Assembly (NCBI GenBank): GCA_964562805.1
Contig: CAZLUT010000003.1
Coordinates: forward strand, 6,707 to 70,706
Length of the DNA: 64,000 bases
Reading direction: 5' to 3'
Source of the DNA: an uncultured bacterium
GTDB taxonomy: Bacteria > Omnitrophota > Omnitrophia > Omnitrophales > CAZLUT01
A program made the position numbers and the translations under genes. Under the pieces are notes generated by a model. The model did no database searches. It was not told where the DNA came from and worked only from the letters and a program-made list of their open reading frames with translations. Shown piece by piece: positions 1 to 9,493 of the stretch. The stretch's first letter is position 1; every line of letters starts with the position of its first letter.

Positions 1-972
1 TATGTTTTCAAGATTTCTGACCTCGATTTCATCTGCAGACAGTTCCCACATTGTCGCAGCGTCATATGACCACGACTCACCCTGAATAACACCAGGTGTC
101 GGACTGCCGACCATATGGGTAATAGGATCCGTACCTCCAGGTCCTTGTGACCCGGAACGACGAAAAACTTCCGCATTTCGAGTTTCTTCGCTATTTAAAA
201 GATCCATTTGATAAATAAATTCATTGAGTGATTCTCGTGCTCGAACAATATCTGAATCGGAATTTTCTAAAACTTCATTCAACTTATCTATAAACACATT
301 AAAATCTGTGGGAACTCCGCCATTTATGGGTCCTTCATCGTTATATGCATAGACGCCTGATTTTGAGACCACATATTCTTCGCTAGGTGCCGCGACTGCC
401 CGATAAATATCACCAGAACTTGGGCCATGAGCTTGAGTACTGAAAGGATGCGTGTGTGAAACAAGAGAAACTTCATTTAAAAGAGCTAGAACGGGTTCTT
501 GGACTAAGATTTCATTCTCGCCGCCGCTCGTAAAAAGAACGATTTCTCCATGAAGAACGGCGATGCCGACTTCATAGTCTAGGTTCAATAATTCACTCAA
601 ATCACTGGAGGTAAGATCTTCTAAAACAATAGCTTGCGCTATATCGCCCTGGAGACTTTCGATCGCTCGATCAAACTCATAACGGTCTAATTCAAGAGGC
701 TCTATGGCTCCGTTTTCTTCTTTCGAATCATCCGTAGCTTCTGATAAAGCGCCTTCGGTGAAAAGTTCGTCGTTTGGAATAACTTGACCAGACTCTTCGC
801 CAATACCATCTGACCCATCAGCTGGAATAACAGGAGTGTCCAATGCTAATTCCTGGGGCAATGCAGATTGATCGACTCCCTGAGCATTGAGCGCTGGAAC
901 TTGATTAAACATAAAAACTAAAGCTAAAAAAACTAAGCAACTTTTTTGAAACAAACTTCCCTTTTTCAACAT
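1..972 (-). CDS. Secreted protein (3' end outside window) with signal peptide, acidic linker and JAB/MPN-like metalloprotease motif
   Basis: Not in the ORF track; translated by hand. ATG at 970-972 with GGAGGT RBS at about 980-985; open frame through position 1 (324 codons). Reads MLKKGSLFQKSCLVFLALVFMFNQVPALNAQ...LDYEVGIAVL...SHTHPFSTQAHGPSSGDI... Confidence 0.85.
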   Translation of the reverse strand, partial: MLKKGSLFQKSCLVFLALVFMFNQVPALNAQGVDQSALPQELALDTPVIPADGSDGIGEESGQVIPNDELFTEGALSEATDDSKEENGAIEPLELDRYEFDRAIESLQGDIAQAIVLEDLTSSDLSELLNLDYEVGIAVLHGEIVLFTSGGENEILVQEPVLALLNEVSLVSHTHPFSTQAHGPSSGDIYRAVAAPSEEYVVSKSGVYAYNDEGPINGGVPTDFNVFIDKLNEVLENSDSDIVRARESLNEFIYQMDLLNSEETRNAEVFRRSGSQGPGGTDPITHMVGSPTPGVIQGESWSYDAATMWELSADEIEVRNLENI

Positions 973-1092
973 TTCTTTTACCTCCAGATTAGGTGATTTG
1001 CTCTCGAGCAACTTTATTGTAGGACGTCCAAATATCAATATCACCATTTTTTATACTATTTCCAATATTTTATCGGCTTTTCAATTTATGAG

Positions 1093-2013
1093 TTAAGAGC
1101 ACCCCTTTATTTTCTCAACCAATCTTTCATCCAACGGCGATAAATCGTAAGCTTTTTTATAATACTCACAGGCTCCAGCTAAATAACCAGCCTTTTCATA
1201 TGCGTCTGCCGTTGTTACAAGTAATTTAATATTTCTTGGCTTGTACGCAGCGGCTTTTTGAAGCTGTTTACCGGCCGCTGCATAACGGCCGGTAACTTTC
1301 AAATAATTACCGTAATGCATGAAGGATAAAAATTCGTTCTCAGCACCCTCTCCCTTAGCCAAAAGAATCCCTTCTTCAAATGCCTTTTTCATCATTTTAA
1401 TGTCTTTTTCTTTATAAAATAAGGTTGCCAAGTTAATAAAAAAATTAGACCTACCCGGCAAAACATTAAAGATCAGATCATTTCCGATGATTTCTTTAGT
1501 CTTCATCATATAATAAAGATCAGGGTCCCAATTAATCGCTTGCCGAAATTCATGAAAAGCCTCTTCTTTCTTGTCTTCGACCCAATACACCCTCCCGATC
1601 AAAAAATGATAGTAACTGTTTGATGGATGAAGATCAGATGCCTTTTGATAAAAATCTGCAGCTTTTTCAAAAGCAGAAACGCTTTCAAAAAACTGCCCAA
1701 CATTTGCTTGGTATTTGGCCCGGGTCGGCGCGAGTGAGATGGCTTGCTCTGCGGCTTTAAGTCCTTCGCCCTGCAAAGAAAGGTGGTTGTAATAAATTTT
1801 TGATTTTTCATAAAAATTTTTTGGGTTACCGGGATCAAATTCGATTGCTTTTTGATAGCGCTTTTCAATATCGCTTAAGCTTATTTTTTTATTATTTTGA
1901 TCAATGCCATAGGTTTCCCAATAGCTAACGATGGGCAGTGCTGCGGCAGCCGCCAAAAAAGTCAAGGCGATGATCGTTAAAATTATTAATGACCTATTTA
2001 TAAAGCGTTTCAT
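1093..2013 (-). CDS. Membrane-anchored or secreted tetratricopeptide repeat protein
   Basis: N-terminal hydrophobic segment and multiple TPR-like repeats (YQKAIEFDP, FRQAINWDP, YKKAYDLSP); ATGA overlap with the upstream ligase gene. Confidence 0.85.
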   Translation of the reverse strand: MKRFINRSLIILTIIALTFLAAAAALPIVSYWETYGIDQNNKKISLSDIEKRYQKAIEFDPGNPKNFYEKSKIYYNHLSLQGEGLKAAEQAISLAPTRAKYQANVGQFFESVSAFEKAADFYQKASDLHPSNSYYHFLIGRVYWVEDKKEEAFHEFRQAINWDPDLYYMMKTKEIIGNDLIFNVLPGRSNFFINLATLFYKEKDIKMMKKAFEEGILLAKGEGAENEFLSFMHYGNYLKVTGRYAAAGKQLQKAAAYKPRNIKLLVTTADAYEKAGYLAGACEYYKKAYDLSPLDERLVEKIKGCS

Positions 2014-3383
2014 CCCAACTTCCTCTTAAGCCTTGCGGTGGTTTGATTTGTGATTTTTTCCAATTTAAAAATAGAAGCCGCGTAAATAAAGAGTAACAAT
2101 GTGATTGGGGGTACGTGAAAGCCAAACTCCGCCAAATTATGCGACAGCGCCGCCAATATCGCGCTTATCAAACCTAAAGAAATTAAAAAAAGATTTCCAT
2201 GACTTTTTTTTGTTACAGCAATGCAGGATCTAAATAAAATCAGGGCAAAAATTAAAAGAAGTCCAAAACCCACAATTCCCATTTCAACCAATAACTGTAA
2301 ATACTCATTTTCAGCATACACAAAGAAACCTGATGAATAAAAACTTTGATAAATGGGGAAAATATATGAAAAGGTCCCGAGGCCTGACCCAAAAATAAAG
2401 AAACCTTTAAAATATTCAATCGAGTCGCGATAAACCAAACCTCTGAAACCGGGGGCTAATAGATTCTTATAGAAATCATTAAAATGTTCTGAGTTAAAAA
2501 TAACAAGAAAAAACCCAGCAAATACGACAGGAATTGCAAACCACAGAACAATGTGAGAAAACCGATTAAAATACGTTGTTGAAACCGATTTATGAAGTGA
2601 ATAAAGTAAAATAAAAAAACATAGTCCCCCGAGATAAGTTACCAGCCCTCCTGCCGAACCTGATAACACAATCGAAAACAGCCCGACCCCTAAACTGATC
2701 GCGGACACCAATACTCTAACCAACTTTCTTTCTGAAATACACGATCCCATAAAACCTGCTAGCGGCAATAATGCTAATGTTAAAAAACCCGCATAATTAT
2801 TTGGATTATAAAAAGTCCCAAATGATTTTGTAATTTCTTCGGGCGGGACAATTACAAAATATAACTTATTAGGTGTTAAATAATATTGGGCTATGCCGAG
2901 TACAGCAACAACAACGCCAAAACCTGAAATTGATAATAAAAGTTTTTTAAGATGTTGATAGTCAAAGAGCTTATAAACCATCAAAAAGATAAAAAAGTAA
3001 GCAGCTCACTTTAAAAATTCCATAGCGGTCGCATAAGGCGCAACGCTTAAACTCACAGAGGATCCTTGATGAATTTGTAATTGAAACTGACTGTAGAGCG
3101 AATGCCATTTAGGCGATAAAAATTGGATCCAGGTAGTAGGCAAAGGAATTATCTGAAATAAAACCGCTAAAACAAACAGAACGAGGGGTAGAAAGATCTT
3201 TAAATCCCCCCTTCTAAAACAAACCTCTCCTTTCCATGCGCTAATAAAAAATAAAATTGCCAACAAGTAAGCTGAGACTTCAAATAGTCCGGCGCTCCAC
3301 GGCCTAACAGCGCCAAAAGCTAAAGCAGTAAACGTAATTAGAAAAAAAATACCAGCTCGAATAATTTTATGAAGCATATTCAA
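2010..3383 (-). pseudogene. O-antigen ligase/Wzy-like polymerase interrupted by a single in-frame TGA (3006-3008)
   Basis: ORFs 3006-3383 and 2010-2984 share one frame: ...AMEFLK*AAYFFIFLMVYKLF. Multi-TM protein with FGTFYNPNNYAG, GSGLGTF and AENEYLQLLVEMG motifs typical of Wzy_C/O-antigen ligase. Confidence 0.7.
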
Positions 3384-3419
3384 CTGGAAAAAAAATAACG
3401 CGGACGTGAATAAAAATAT

Positions 3420-5276
3420 CTACGATGGCGTTTTGGGAGAGCGTGGTTTTTGCTTGCCGTATCCATAGTGATAATAATGCCCATAGTAATAACTTTCCTT
3501 TTGAACATTCACTCGATTCATAACGACACCCAAAATTTTGGCGCCTGCTTTTTCAAAAAAATGCTTTCCGCGCTGAAGGGATTTACGATTCGCTTTTCTT
3601 GAATTAACAATAAGAATAACACCATCAACTAGACGAGATAAAACAACAGGATCTGTTACTGCCATAAAGGGTGAAGCATCCATAATAATCGCATCATATT
3701 CTTTGCGAGCCCTCTCTAAAAAATGCTTCATAGCATCACTTCCGAGTAATTCTGAAGGGTTGGGGGGAATAGCGCCCGAGGGCAGGAAGAAAAGACCACT
3801 GCAACAAGTTTCCTTGATAGCCGAACTAACATCTTGTCCCACCAAGCAGTTGGTCAAACCCTGTGAATTAGTCGTTTCAAAAAGCTGATGGGCTTTTGGT
3901 TTCCTAAGATCGGTATCGATCAATAATGTTTTTTTATTCTGGAGTGCTATGGCAGCCGCTAAATTCCCTGCTAAAAAGGTCTTTCCTTCCGCGGGATTTG
4001 AACTTGAAATAAGTATGACTTGTGCCGGCTTGCCAAGGCTTGAAAAAAGAATAGAAGTCCGTATTGACCGGACGGCTTCTGAAATCGTCGAGTGCGGATC
4101 ATTGCAAACAAAAAGGTCAGGGTTTTTTAATTTTTTATTTTTTGAAAATTGAGGAATTATCCCTAAAAAACGAAGGCCTAAGAACCTTTCGATTTCTTCC
4201 GGGTTTTTTAAGGAAGAATCCAAATATTCGAGACCAAAAACCAAGAAAACAGCACCCAGAACGCCAAAACCAAACCCTAAGATAAGTAAGAGAAGTTTTC
4301 TGGGTTTGGCGGGAAAACTTGGTACTTCAGCCGGATCAACAACAATCACATTGCTCGCATTTAAATCCTCAGTGACCACTGTTTCTTTAAGGCGCTTTAA
4401 AAGCTCGTTATAAACCCGGGTATTGCTATCGGCTTCCCTTTCTAATTGAGCATATTCAATTGCAATTTGATTAAATTCAAGCGTCTGATCAACTTCTTCT
4501 TTAAGCTTCCTCTTAAGAGCCGCAATCTGATTAACTACTTGGATTAACTTGGGATGCTCTTCCAAATACCGTTTTTGATATTCCGCATGAAGTGTTTCCA
4601 ATTTAATAAGCTCAGTATTCATATCCCGGAGCCTTGGATTCTCATCCGTAATTGAAGGAACTGTTATTAAGCGATGCTTTTCTTTATAAGCCTGGAGCTT
4701 TTTTTCTGATTCACTAACTTTTACTTTCAACTCTTGAAGTCTTTTAGTAATCCAATCGCTTGCAAAACGTGAAGCGGCAAGTCGGTGATCAATGTTGAGG
4801 CGGATATACGCCCCTACAATAGCGTTCGTTATCTTGGCAGCTAATTCCGGGTCTGGGAGATAGGTGCTTACTGTAAGCAGCATTGAATTCCGCACTGGTT
4901 TTACTTCAATAATATTTAGCAGATCAGCCGGAGCATCTATTGACTCTTTAAAGAAAGGTTGTTCGTTTAAGTCTAATTGCTCAACCACATTCTTAGCCAA
5001 AGACTTACTTTTTAATATTTCAATCTGAGTTTGGTAATAATCAAGCTGGGTTGAGCCAAGCTGAAGAACTTCTTCAAAATTAACCACATTAGGACTTTCT
5101 TTTTCGATCAGGACGGTAGCTGTCGCCTTGTAAATAGGGGTTGTGGTTTTGATATAAACAATAACAAGAGCTGCCACGAAGATAAAGAAAGCGATAGCGA
5201 TTGCTTTCCGCTTATTCAGAATATAGAGATAATCTTTCAAGTGAAAATGGTGAAATGAAGAAGCGCTAGTTTCCAT
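3420..5276 (-). CDS. wzc: Polysaccharide co-polymerase/tyrosine autokinase (Wzc/GumC, BY-kinase)
   Basis: Two TM segments flanking a coiled coil; Walker A SSNPAEGKT, A' IDTDLRKP, B IMDASP; C-terminal Tyr cluster YYYGHYYHYGY. Confidence 0.93.
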   Translation of the reverse strand: METSASSFHHFHLKDYLYILNKRKAIAIAFFIFVAALVIVYIKTTTPIYKATATVLIEKESPNVVNFEEVLQLGSTQLDYYQTQIEILKSKSLAKNVVEQLDLNEQPFFKESIDAPADLLNIIEVKPVRNSMLLTVSTYLPDPELAAKITNAIVGAYIRLNIDHRLAASRFASDWITKRLQELKVKVSESEKKLQAYKEKHRLITVPSITDENPRLRDMNTELIKLETLHAEYQKRYLEEHPKLIQVVNQIAALKRKLKEEVDQTLEFNQIAIEYAQLEREADSNTRVYNELLKRLKETVVTEDLNASNVIVVDPAEVPSFPAKPRKLLLLILGFGFGVLGAVFLVFGLEYLDSSLKNPEEIERFLGLRFLGIIPQFSKNKKLKNPDLFVCNDPHSTISEAVRSIRTSILFSSLGKPAQVILISSSNPAEGKTFLAGNLAAAIALQNKKTLLIDTDLRKPKAHQLFETTNSQGLTNCLVGQDVSSAIKETCCSGLFFLPSGAIPPNPSELLGSDAMKHFLERARKEYDAIIMDASPFMAVTDPVVLSRLVDGVILIVNSRKANRKSLQRGKHFFEKAGAKILGVVMNRVNVQKESYYYGHYYHYGYGKQKPRSPKTPS

Positions 5277-5900
5277 TTAGAAAAAACTCTTTGAAACAAC
5301 GACAACATCGTTCGGTTCAAGAACAATATCTTTGTTTTTCTCACCCTTTTTGGTGATATCGTTTAAGTTAATTTTAAAAGTCTTTTTCCCGCCATTGCTA
5401 CTGCGGATAATCTTCACATTACGGGGATTTGCAACCTCAGTAAGACCTTCAGCCATTGTGACTGCTTCGAGAACGGTAACGTGACCTGCTAACGGATAAG
5501 AACCCGGCTTCCTAACTTCGCCGTAAACAAATATTTCACTAAATCGTTTTACAAAAACGCTAACCTGGGGATTTAATAAAAAGCGCGCTCCCAGTTTTTC
5601 CGTTAACATATTTTCTAACTCAGTCGCCGTGAGGCCGCTTACTTTTAACCTTCCCAAAAGCGGATAAGTGATCGCACCTGACCCACTAACTCGAACCTCT
5701 TTAGTTAAATCTTCCTCGCCATACACTGAAATTTCTAAAATATCGCCGGAACCGATCACGTAATCATAAGGGTGAGGCCCTTTCTCAGCCTCGGAAACTG
5801 CCTCCGCGCATAAAATCCAGACTCCGCCTATAGCCCAAAAAAATAAAGTTAGCGTTAAAATAAATAATGAAAATTTTTTGGCTGAAAAAAATTTACTCAC
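5277..5900 (-). CDS. Short polysaccharide export (OPX/Wza-like) protein, Poly_export plus SLBB
   Basis: YVIGSGDILEISVYGE...GAITYPLLG PES motif and an SLBB domain; only 207 aa, lacking the C-terminal outer-membrane helix. Confidence 0.9.
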   Translation of the reverse strand: MSKFFSAKKFSLFILTLTLFFWAIGGVWILCAEAVSEAEKGPHPYDYVIGSGDILEISVYGEEDLTKEVRVSGSGAITYPLLGRLKVSGLTATELENMLTEKLGARFLLNPQVSVFVKRFSEIFVYGEVRKPGSYPLAGHVTVLEAVTMAEGLTEVANPRNVKIIRSSNGGKKTFKINLNDITKKGEKNKDIVLEPNDVVVVSKSFF

Positions 5901-5906
5901 AAAATT

Positions 5907-7133
5907 TTACAAATGAATTCCGGTATTTACGTAAAAAACATTATCTTTGTAATCAAAGGAGTCAAATTTAGAATTACGAAACGCAAAACGATATCCGACT
6001 GAAAAAGTCCACCACTCTTTGAAATCATATTTCAAGGCTGTGTCGATCCTAAACAAGTCATCGACCCTTTTACCCCAACTTCCGGCTATTAAGGTCCTTT
6101 GATCATATTCTTGGCGGGCATAACTTAAATCAGTTGTAAACAGCATGGAAGTCCATAGTTTTTGCTCCAGCCGGGCAAACATCCGGCTTTCGGTATAATT
6201 TGCCACATCAAGAAAAGTCGCCTCTTCTGGTCCATGATAAAGACCTGTTTCAACAGCTGTCCTACTGGTAGCGGCATACCGGAAAGCCATTTCTGCCGAA
6301 AAACCGTTAAACCCGGCTTCATTTTTACCTCGATAGCGTCTGCTTTCCCAGCCCATCTTTGTGATAGTTGTCAGTCTCGGCAAAAGCTGCCCCTTTAAAC
6401 CGCCTCGGACTCGATCAAAATTACCATCACGATCTCTGTTGTTGCGATAAACGATAAACCCATGGGCATACTCGACAAAAGCCTGGGTTTTTTTGGTTAA
6501 TTCAAAAAATAAGGTTGTTCCTATCCGATTAACGTTATAGTCCCACTGCTTATACGTTGAGCTGTTAAAAGTACGGTTAAACAGATGATAATCAAGTTCG
6601 GCTTGCAATTGATTCCACTTGTACCCAATGGTCGTTTGGGTTGTGTTTTCAAGCCTGCCAATTCTTTGTGTAAAGGTCGTTCCGGCTCGGCTTGAAGTCT
6701 GCGCCAATCTATGCTCGGCATTGACATACCAATCTGGAAAAGAAAGATCCACGAGGGCCTTAAAGTATTGATTCTGATCGTTTTGGTCGCTGAACTTGGT
6801 AAAATTTTCAAAATCACAGCGGTAATCGACTTCAATTAAATGATCTCCAAGATTAAGATCGGCAATGATACCTGGTGTTGTCACCCAAATAACATCGTCT
6901 TTTCTGTCATTAGGTTCAAGAAACACATTGGAATCATAGGACATTTGCTGAACAACATAGGGGTGCAGTTTAAGGGGGCCGGCGGTCAGGCGTTTTCTCG
7001 CATCTTTAAGTCCCGTTTTTTCTCCAAAATCATCAACGAATTTGAGCGCAAAAGCTTGCCCGACATTAATAGTTAATGTGCAACATAATAAAATTAGCAA
7101 ATTAGCTATTATTTTTCGGCTATTAAATTTCAT
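5907..7133 (-). CDS. Outer-membrane beta-barrel protein associated with polysaccharide export
   Basis: Signal peptide, YDSNVF motif, alternating aromatic beta-strands; adjacent to a short OPX and Wzc. Confidence 0.8.
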   Translation of the reverse strand: MKFNSRKIIANLLILLCCTLTINVGQAFALKFVDDFGEKTGLKDARKRLTAGPLKLHPYVVQQMSYDSNVFLEPNDRKDDVIWVTTPGIIADLNLGDHLIEVDYRCDFENFTKFSDQNDQNQYFKALVDLSFPDWYVNAEHRLAQTSSRAGTTFTQRIGRLENTTQTTIGYKWNQLQAELDYHLFNRTFNSSTYKQWDYNVNRIGTTLFFELTKKTQAFVEYAHGFIVYRNNRDRDGNFDRVRGGLKGQLLPRLTTITKMGWESRRYRGKNEAGFNGFSAEMAFRYAATSRTAVETGLYHGPEEATFLDVANYTESRMFARLEQKLWTSMLFTTDLSYARQEYDQRTLIAGSWGKRVDDLFRIDTALKYDFKEWWTFSVGYRFAFRNSKFDSFDYKDNVFYVNTGIHL

Positions 7134-7206
7134 TTTTATCTTTACCTACCTTGAGTTAACTTAGATTTTTAAGAATTTTATTTATCTCTTTTAAGATCCG
7201 ATGAAA

Positions 7207-7746
7207 TTAAAAAACCGGAACAATTGACCCCAAATTGTATGATTTACCCAACTCCAGCTCGTTTTCACTTCCATCCAAAGTAACAATAGCTGCTTCTCCC
7301 TTACTTAAGGCAACCGAAACTTTCCCTTCGGTAACCTTAGCTTCTATTGAGGCGCCGCCCCGAAGAGCCAAGATTGACTCTCCCAAAGAGACCTCAACGG
7401 TACCACTAAGCACATCGGTTATAGTATCGGCTCCATTATTGTTGACATTTACCTTAACTTGGTTCCCGGAAGACAAATTCATAACTGATTCTCCCGCTAC
7501 TACGGTAAGAAAACTAGGGCCTTCCAGCGAAAAGGATGCTTCGCCTGACAAAACTTCGATCACAGAGCCGGCCGTTAAGTCAGGTAATTTATCAGACACT
7601 GAAACGGTAATTAATTTACCATCGGGCGTTGTAACCGAAAGGTTTCCTGATCTTTCACCAACTAATATCTCAGCTTGGGTTAAACTGATTAAAGCTGCTA
7701 GGCAAAATATTGAAATAGGAAAAATAAGGAAAAACAACTTTTTCAT
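7207..7746 (-). CDS. Secreted beta-rich (FecR-like) hypothetical protein
   Basis: Signal peptide; repeated V-L-S-G-x-V/A beta motifs resembling FecR-type domains. Confidence 0.6.
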   Translation of the reverse strand: MKKLFFLIFPISIFCLAALISLTQAEILVGERSGNLSVTTPDGKLITVSVSDKLPDLTAGSVIEVLSGEASFSLEGPSFLTVVAGESVMNLSSGNQVKVNVNNNGADTITDVLSGTVEVSLGESILALRGGASIEAKVTEGKVSVALSKGEAAIVTLDGSENELELGKSYNLGSIVPVF

Positions 7747-7753
7747 AGGCTAG

Positions 7754-7782
7754 ATAATAACCCCTAACTTCATATTTTGCAA
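7754..7782 (-). promoter_or_regulatory. Sigma70-type promoter, probably giving a leaderless mRNA
   Basis: TTGCAA-17 nt-TATTAT, then 7 nt to the ATG at 7746; no Shine-Dalgarno. Confidence 0.55.
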
Positions 7783-7852
7783 TAAGTTAGAGATCTATTG
7801 CTGGAGCAATTTCAACCTCTGTTCCCTAGCTGCTAAGGTCATGATTTATCAT

Positions 7853-7880
7853 TGTAGGTCACACTTAAGTGTGACCTACA
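7853..7880. repeat. Perfect 28-bp palindrome (terminator-like hairpin or operator)
   Basis: TGTAGGTCACAC-TTAA-GTGTGACCTACA, 11 nt after the lipoprotein stop codon; no U-tract on the coding (minus) strand. Confidence 0.6.
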
Positions 7881-7891
7881 GTTTTGAAGCT

Positions 7892-8602
7892 TTAATCGTA
7901 TTGATGCCTCAAGTTTTCACTTATATGAGGAGGGAGATAAATCGAAAAATTAACTGCTTCACCTTTTTCATTTTGAATATTAGTCAAGTAAAGCTGATAG
8001 GGATCCCGAAGTATCTTATCTTTTTTTTCGTGCTTCTCGACATCCAGTGCCGGATTAAAAAATATGAATCCATGAACCGTGCTTTCCGGCGCTATTTTAA
8101 TTTGCTTAAACCGGGTTTCAGAAGCCATTTCCTTAACGTATTCGTTGCTTTTTTTTGTATCAAGGCCGCCCCATACCGATCCCGCCAGCGCTGTGGCAGG
8201 AGCAGCTAACGTTCCGACTAAAGCTCCCACGGTTCCAAATACGAAAGACCGCTGAAAAACACTTCTTTTAACCAATTTATGAATTTCATCTTGAGATAAT
8301 GGCAAATGACTTTTTTCTATTGGATCAATTAAAGCGATTGAGGTTCCGGCTAAATCATACGTTTCGCCACCTTCATTAAAAAAAATTAGATGCACGGGGT
8401 AAACCCCTGTTTTGGCGGCATTGTAATGAAAAAGCATATCCTGTTCGCTTTTTGATAAATAAGGTTCAACGACCAGTGTCAATTTACCTTCAGTGGCTTT
8501 GTTGGGATAATAACTGGAATTACGAATAATAATATCAGGGTGACGATATCCTCCGCAACCTGCAACAGTAAACATTAGCAGTATTAATATAATCTTTTTC
8601 AT
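7892..8602 (-). CDS. Lipoprotein, unknown function
   Basis: Lipobox VAGC after an MKK-hydrophobic leader; glycine-zipper-like GTVGALVGTLAAPATALAGSVWGG segment. Confidence 0.8.
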   Translation of the reverse strand: MKKIILILLMFTVAGCGGYRHPDIIIRNSSYYPNKATEGKLTLVVEPYLSKSEQDMLFHYNAAKTGVYPVHLIFFNEGGETYDLAGTSIALIDPIEKSHLPLSQDEIHKLVKRSVFQRSFVFGTVGALVGTLAAPATALAGSVWGGLDTKKSNEYVKEMASETRFKQIKIAPESTVHGFIFFNPALDVEKHEKKDKILRDPYQLYLTNIQNEKGEAVNFSIYLPPHISENLRHQYD

Positions 8603-8618
8603 TAACCCTTTCCGACTC

Positions 8619-8653
8619 TTAGTTCTTCGATCTCAGACCTAAGATCTGAAACT
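8619..8653. repeat. Degenerate heptamer tandem repeat, family A (TCAGATC-like)
   Basis: ttagttc/ttcgatc/tcagacc/taagatc/tgaaact. Confidence 0.55.
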
Positions 8654-9483
8654 TACAAGTATCGCTCAAGAAAGCTTCTCGCCTCTTCGATAACATTCTG
8701 ATTATCGGGCTCATTAAATACTTCATGATATAAACTTTCAAACTCTTTCTTAGTTTTTTCTTTAGCTTTGCATTTTTCAAACCATTTATAAATCGCCCCC
8801 TTATTAACGATCCTTTCATCCCCCGCGATCAAAACACATAAAGGACAATTAATGACTATTTGATTCATCACGGACTTTTGTATCTTCCTAATTTTCCGAA
8901 ATAAACCTAAAGTCATAGAATAACTCCTCAAGGGATCATCTAAATAAGCCTTAACTTTATTTTTATCATGGCACAAAAATGAATATTGAAGTGGTTTTGT
9001 AATTTTTTTATTAGGATAAATATATGAAATAATTAATAAAATTAATTGAACTAGGTGAGAACGGTCTTCCGGCATACCGAGAAAAGGCGCAGAGAGTAAG
9101 AGCGCTTTAAAAAGTTTGAGTTTCTTTTTTAAGATCATGAGAGCTAGCAGCCCACCAAAACTTTGCGCCACAACAGCAAAAGATCCTTCGCTCCAGCCAA
9201 GATACGTTAAAAAATATTCATAATCATTTATTATTTTTTCAGGATCGATTTCGTTTCTCTTACCGCCTGAATATCCGTGACCTCTTATATCGAGTGCCGC
9301 CCATTCGACATTTCCCTCAGGAAATATCCGGTCAGCTATGTCCGCATAATCTTCGGAATGTTCAAATAATCCGTGAAAAAAAAGGACTCGTTTATTTGAC
9401 TGAGCGCGTGATCTGCGATAAAAAAGCTCGGTCCCATCCTTCGCCCTAAAGGTGCCTGTGATATGTTTTTTTTCTTTTGTCAT
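8653..9483 (-). CDS. Lysophospholipase/monoacylglycerol lipase (alpha/beta hydrolase, PldB-like)
   Basis: HGLFEH, DIRGHGYSGG, nucleophile AQSFG, YHEVFNEP. Confidence 0.85.
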   Translation of the reverse strand: MTKEKKHITGTFRAKDGTELFYRRSRAQSNKRVLFFHGLFEHSEDYADIADRIFPEGNVEWAALDIRGHGYSGGKRNEIDPEKIINDYEYFLTYLGWSEGSFAVVAQSFGGLLALMILKKKLKLFKALLLSAPFLGMPEDRSHLVQLILLIISYIYPNKKITKPLQYSFLCHDKNKVKAYLDDPLRSYSMTLGLFRKIRKIQKSVMNQIVINCPLCVLIAGDERIVNKGAIYKWFEKCKAKEKTKKEFESLYHEVFNEPDNQNVIEEARSFLERYL

Positions 9484-9493
9484 TTTTTCTCTC

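Noticed and set aside
3006-3008. Genome-wide TGA recoding (code 4 or 25)
   Set aside because: TGA ends conserved genes at their expected lengths with ATGA coupling (glpK, lepB, mazG, gcvPA); only one internal TGA was seen.
7235-7753. Long antisense ORFs (for example 7235-7753, 40595-41122, 15358-15702, 33991-34323)
   Set aside because: They are shadows of well-supported genes on the opposite strand and have no independent motifs.
7859-7874. CRP-binding site within the palindrome
   Set aside because: The half-sites are in the wrong order (TCACA-N6-TGTGA rather than TGTGA-N6-TCACA).
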